Shown here one piece after another: positions 61,642 through 64,000 of a DNA stretch of 64,000 nt; positions within the stretch are counted from its first letter, which is position 1, and every line of letters begins with the position of its first letter. The stretch is taken from positions 81,099 to 145,098 of the forward strand of contig JBGTMQ010000020.1 in assembly GCA_041743505.1 (NCBI GenBank). The letters are read 5' to 3'. Source of the DNA: Candidatus Saccharimonadia bacterium. Its GTDB lineage: Bacteria; Patescibacteriota; Saccharimonadia; UBA4664. The position numbers and the translations under genes were made by a program. The notes under the pieces were generated by a model. That model searched no databases and was not told the DNA's origin. It worked only from the letters and a program-made list of their open reading frames with translations.

Positions 61642-63483
61642 ATGAACATTGACAAAACGGCAGTACCACAGAGTGGCGACACCTGGGATCTCTCTCCGCT
61701 GGCAGAATATGCCAATGAAGCCGCCCTCCAGCTCGATCAAACCGCCGCCCGCGCTACGGCCGAAGCCTTTGCCGAAAAGTGGGGTGGCCGGTTTTCTGAA
61801 CTCTCCAATTCCGCCATCCTGGCCGAAGCACTCAACGAATATGAGTTGTGGCACGTCCACTATGGTCTCACGCACGATATTGTTGGCGACAGCGGTATCT
61901 ACTGGAAGCTGCGGTCGATGCAAGATTCCGGCGACCAGTTGGTTCAGTCCAAACTAACCGGCATTCGGGCTAATGCCCAATACATTGAGCACCTCCTGTG
62001 CCCATTTGAGCTAGCGATTGGGCAGATCTCGCCCAAATCCCAGGAGCAACTCCTGGCCGCTCCCGAGCTCTCGCGCTATGCCAGTTTCCTGGAGCGCCTG
62101 TTCCAGACAGCCATTGGCCGGCTCAATGCCGATACCGAAGCAGAGCTTGAGGCCTCCTGGCAAAGTGTCCGCTACAACCACATTCTGCCTCTAGCTAATG
62201 CCTTGTCCACCACCACGCCGTTTACCCATTTGCCGGCTGGCCGGACCGGACCGCAGACCGTCACCTCGCTGGTTAATCTCATGAGTGATCCGGACCAAGC
62301 GCTCCGCGACAGTGCCGCGGCCGCCTTCAACTCACTCCTCGTGCGCTTGAGCGGCCAAGCCGCCGAAGAAATGAGTGCTCTAACGTCGCATTGGCGGTAC
62401 GAAAACAAGCTCCGCCGCTTCCGCCGGCCCGACCAAAAGCGCCTTGTCCAAGACCGGCTTCCCGGCGAAGTGATTGACAGCCTGCTCACAACTGTTTCCG
62501 GCCGCTATGACCTCTCGCACCGGTTCTACCGGGTCATGGCCGCCACCCGCGGAGTGTCCCAGATCAAATATCACGAGCGCTACATTCGGATGGGCAAGCC
62601 TAGGCAGACCTACACTTGGCCCGAGGCCCGCCATCTCATCGAAACTACCTATGCCGCCGTTGACCCCCAGTTCGGGCACATAGTTAGGCAAATGGGCGAA
62701 CAAGGCCTAATAGATGTGTATCCCCGGGCCGGCAAGTCTACAATCGAAAAGTGTGACTACTTCAAGCCGGCCCTACCGCCATTTGTGTCACTTCTGTTTG
62801 CCGGCTCACCGCTCGATGTAGTGGTATCGGGCCACGAACTAGCCCACATGCTCCACGCTGAACTGATGAAGCCGCCTCGCATAATTCTCGACTATGGCAC
62901 ACCTGCTTGGATGATAGAATTGCCCGCCATGTTTTTCGAGCGGTATTTCTGGGACCGGCTTATCCAGGCAGCCGACCTGGAAACCCGTTTTGCCTTGCTG
63001 GCAGAGCGCTGCAGCCGGTTTATTGCCATGGTGTTCCGTCAGGTTGCCGGATACCAGTTCGAACAACAACTTCATAGCGAAGCTTGGCGTCATGAGCCGA
63101 GGGAAATCGGCGGCCTGTTCCAGCGCGAAATGGCGGCCTACATGGGACCGGCAGTCGAGCAATCCATCTTCTCGCACAACTGGTGGATCCATTGGCCCCA
63201 CCTGCGCACACCGTTCTACAACAGTGCCTACCCGCTGGGGATGCTAATCTCCAGCGCCATGCACGCGCGGCTTGCCGCTGACTCCGTATACCTCGAACGG
63301 ATCAAAGACTTCCTCGCTATCGGCCTCTCGGCGCCGTTCTCCAGGGTGCTCGAGGGACTCGACCTGAAGGTCGAAGGACTTTGGACCACCGGCCTTACCG
63401 AGATCGAAACACTGCTCAATGAGCTGGAGGCGCTTGGCCAAACTTTGGGTTACCTTGAATCCAGGGTTCTCGCCACCGCCTAG
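61642..63483 (+). CDS. pepF: M3-family oligoendopeptidase F
   Basis: HELAHMLH (HExxH) and overall M3B length of 613 aa. Confidence 0.85.
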   Translation: MNIDKTAVPQSGDTWDLSPLAEYANEAALQLDQTAARATAEAFAEKWGGRFSELSNSAILAEALNEYELWHVHYGLTHDIVGDSGIYWKLRSMQDSGDQLVQSKLTGIRANAQYIEHLLCPFELAIGQISPKSQEQLLAAPELSRYASFLERLFQTAIGRLNADTEAELEASWQSVRYNHILPLANALSTTTPFTHLPAGRTGPQTVTSLVNLMSDPDQALRDSAAAAFNSLLVRLSGQAAEEMSALTSHWRYENKLRRFRRPDQKRLVQDRLPGEVIDSLLTTVSGRYDLSHRFYRVMAATRGVSQIKYHERYIRMGKPRQTYTWPEARHLIETTYAAVDPQFGHIVRQMGEQGLIDVYPRAGKSTIEKCDYFKPALPPFVSLLFAGSPLDVVVSGHELAHMLHAELMKPPRIILDYGTPAWMIELPAMFFERYFWDRLIQAADLETRFALLAERCSRFIAMVFRQVAGYQFEQQLHSEAWRHEPREIGGLFQREMAAYMGPAVEQSIFSHNWWIHWPHLRTPFYNSAYPLGMLISSAMHARLAADSVYLERIKDFLAIGLSAPFSRVLEGLDLKVEGLWTTGLTEIETLLNELEALGQTLGYLESRVLATA

Positions 63484-63489
63484 AATTGC

Positions 63490-63535
63490 CCGGACTAACT
63501 GATTTATCATCAGCTAGTCCGGGCGCTTTTTTGCC
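63490..63535 (+). terminator. rho-independent terminator (15-bp stem, 1 mismatch, T6)
   Basis: gcccggactaactga-tttatca-tcagctagtccgggc then gctttttt. Confidence 0.7.
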
Positions 63536-63595
63536 CAAAAGAAAGCGGCCAACCCCGGATGGGGCTGGCCTTGTAGCCGGACGACTGAGTAGGTC

Positions 63596-63805
63596 TCAGG
63601 CGTAGTCATCCTGGTAGGCGATGGCTTCAGCCAAGGATTCTGAAAACGAATCCAAGACCGCATCGGCCGCCCCACTTGGCACGCAATCGCGGCAGCTGTC
63701 GCAGTACGTGATGCCGTCTCCCAGCTGGACGATCACCGTGGCCGGCTTGCCGCAGGCACACGTGTTATCATACGGCGGCAGGTGCCACCCAACGATCCTG
63801 ACCAT
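63596..63805 (-). CDS. small zinc-ribbon-like protein (C-x-C ... C-x2-C-x2-C)
   Basis: 69 aa ORF with a terminator-like hairpin downstream on the - strand (about 63551-63580). Confidence 0.4.
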   Translation of the reverse strand: MVRIVGWHLPPYDNTCACGKPATVIVQLGDGITYCDSCRDCVPSGAADAVLDSFSESLAEAIAYQDDYA

Positions 63806-64000
63806 CGCTGCTCCTTACCCGACCCTTTGTTGGCGGTTGCCATAGCATAGAAAACTTAGGAGAAGTATCTGCTAGCAGCGTGGCTGGAACATCAAAACGG
63901 TATACTATTTTGGCGATAAAGTCAACGAGCAGACAGCTTAATCGCCATGTCGCCAATATCACGCCGGTAATGCATGCCTTCAAAATGAATCAGCGACACA

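Noticed and set aside
63768-63983. ORF 63768-63983 (-) at the window edge
   Set aside because: Overlaps CDS 63596-63805 with no start signals; likely spurious.

Overview
The window is 64 kb of a high-GC (~58-60%), gene-dense bacterial chromosome with a reduced-genome, possibly Patescibacteria/Saccharibacteria-like or other small Gram-positive-type flavour. That impression rests on a short 666-aa AlaRS without a C-Ala domain, a short MetRS, RpfB-like and MarP-like envelope proteins, two CvpA fusions, many acidic or proline-rich hypothetical proteins, and promoters of the GCTAnAAT type that often give leaderless mRNAs. Recognisable core genes are pyk, pgk, tpiA (dispersed, not an operon), uvrD/pcrA, rsmA, metG, tatD, a cysteine desulfurase, mnmA, alaS, two convergent pyrH paralogs, ftsA, ruvX, mltG and pepF. 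There is no rRNA, no convincing tRNA, no CRISPR array and no transposase or integrase.

The most striking non-genic signal is a family of at least five copies of a 100-bp element (E1-E5; E4 is a 117-bp variant). Each copy has two terminal 19-bp arms; each left arm is itself a palindrome or near-palindrome, the right arms are not, and the two arms of an element are inverted repeats of each other (TACTGCCCT-C-AGGGCAGTA type). A conserved AAGCCA core sits at a fixed position between the arms (34 bp after the left arm, 24 bp before the right arm). Every copy lies 60-120 bp upstream of a sigma70-like promoter, and three of the five lie upstream of pyk, pgk and tpiA, which are all the glycolytic genes in the window. 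E5 carries concerted base changes in all four half-sites while keeping the geometry, which points to a conserved structure, either REPIN/MITE-like or a tetramer-type operator pair.

The second notable region is an accessory segment at about 19.1-30.5 kb. It begins at a 20-bp exact repeat that forms the in-frame 3' ends of both uvrD and a C39-like peptidase gene. It contains three paralogs of a free-standing RpoA alpha-CTD-like (HhH) protein family, several tandem gene duplications, a truncated M16 peptidase and a duplicated 40-bp hairpin element. Six tandem paralog pairs occur across the window, one of them a whole promoter-gene-terminator cassette.
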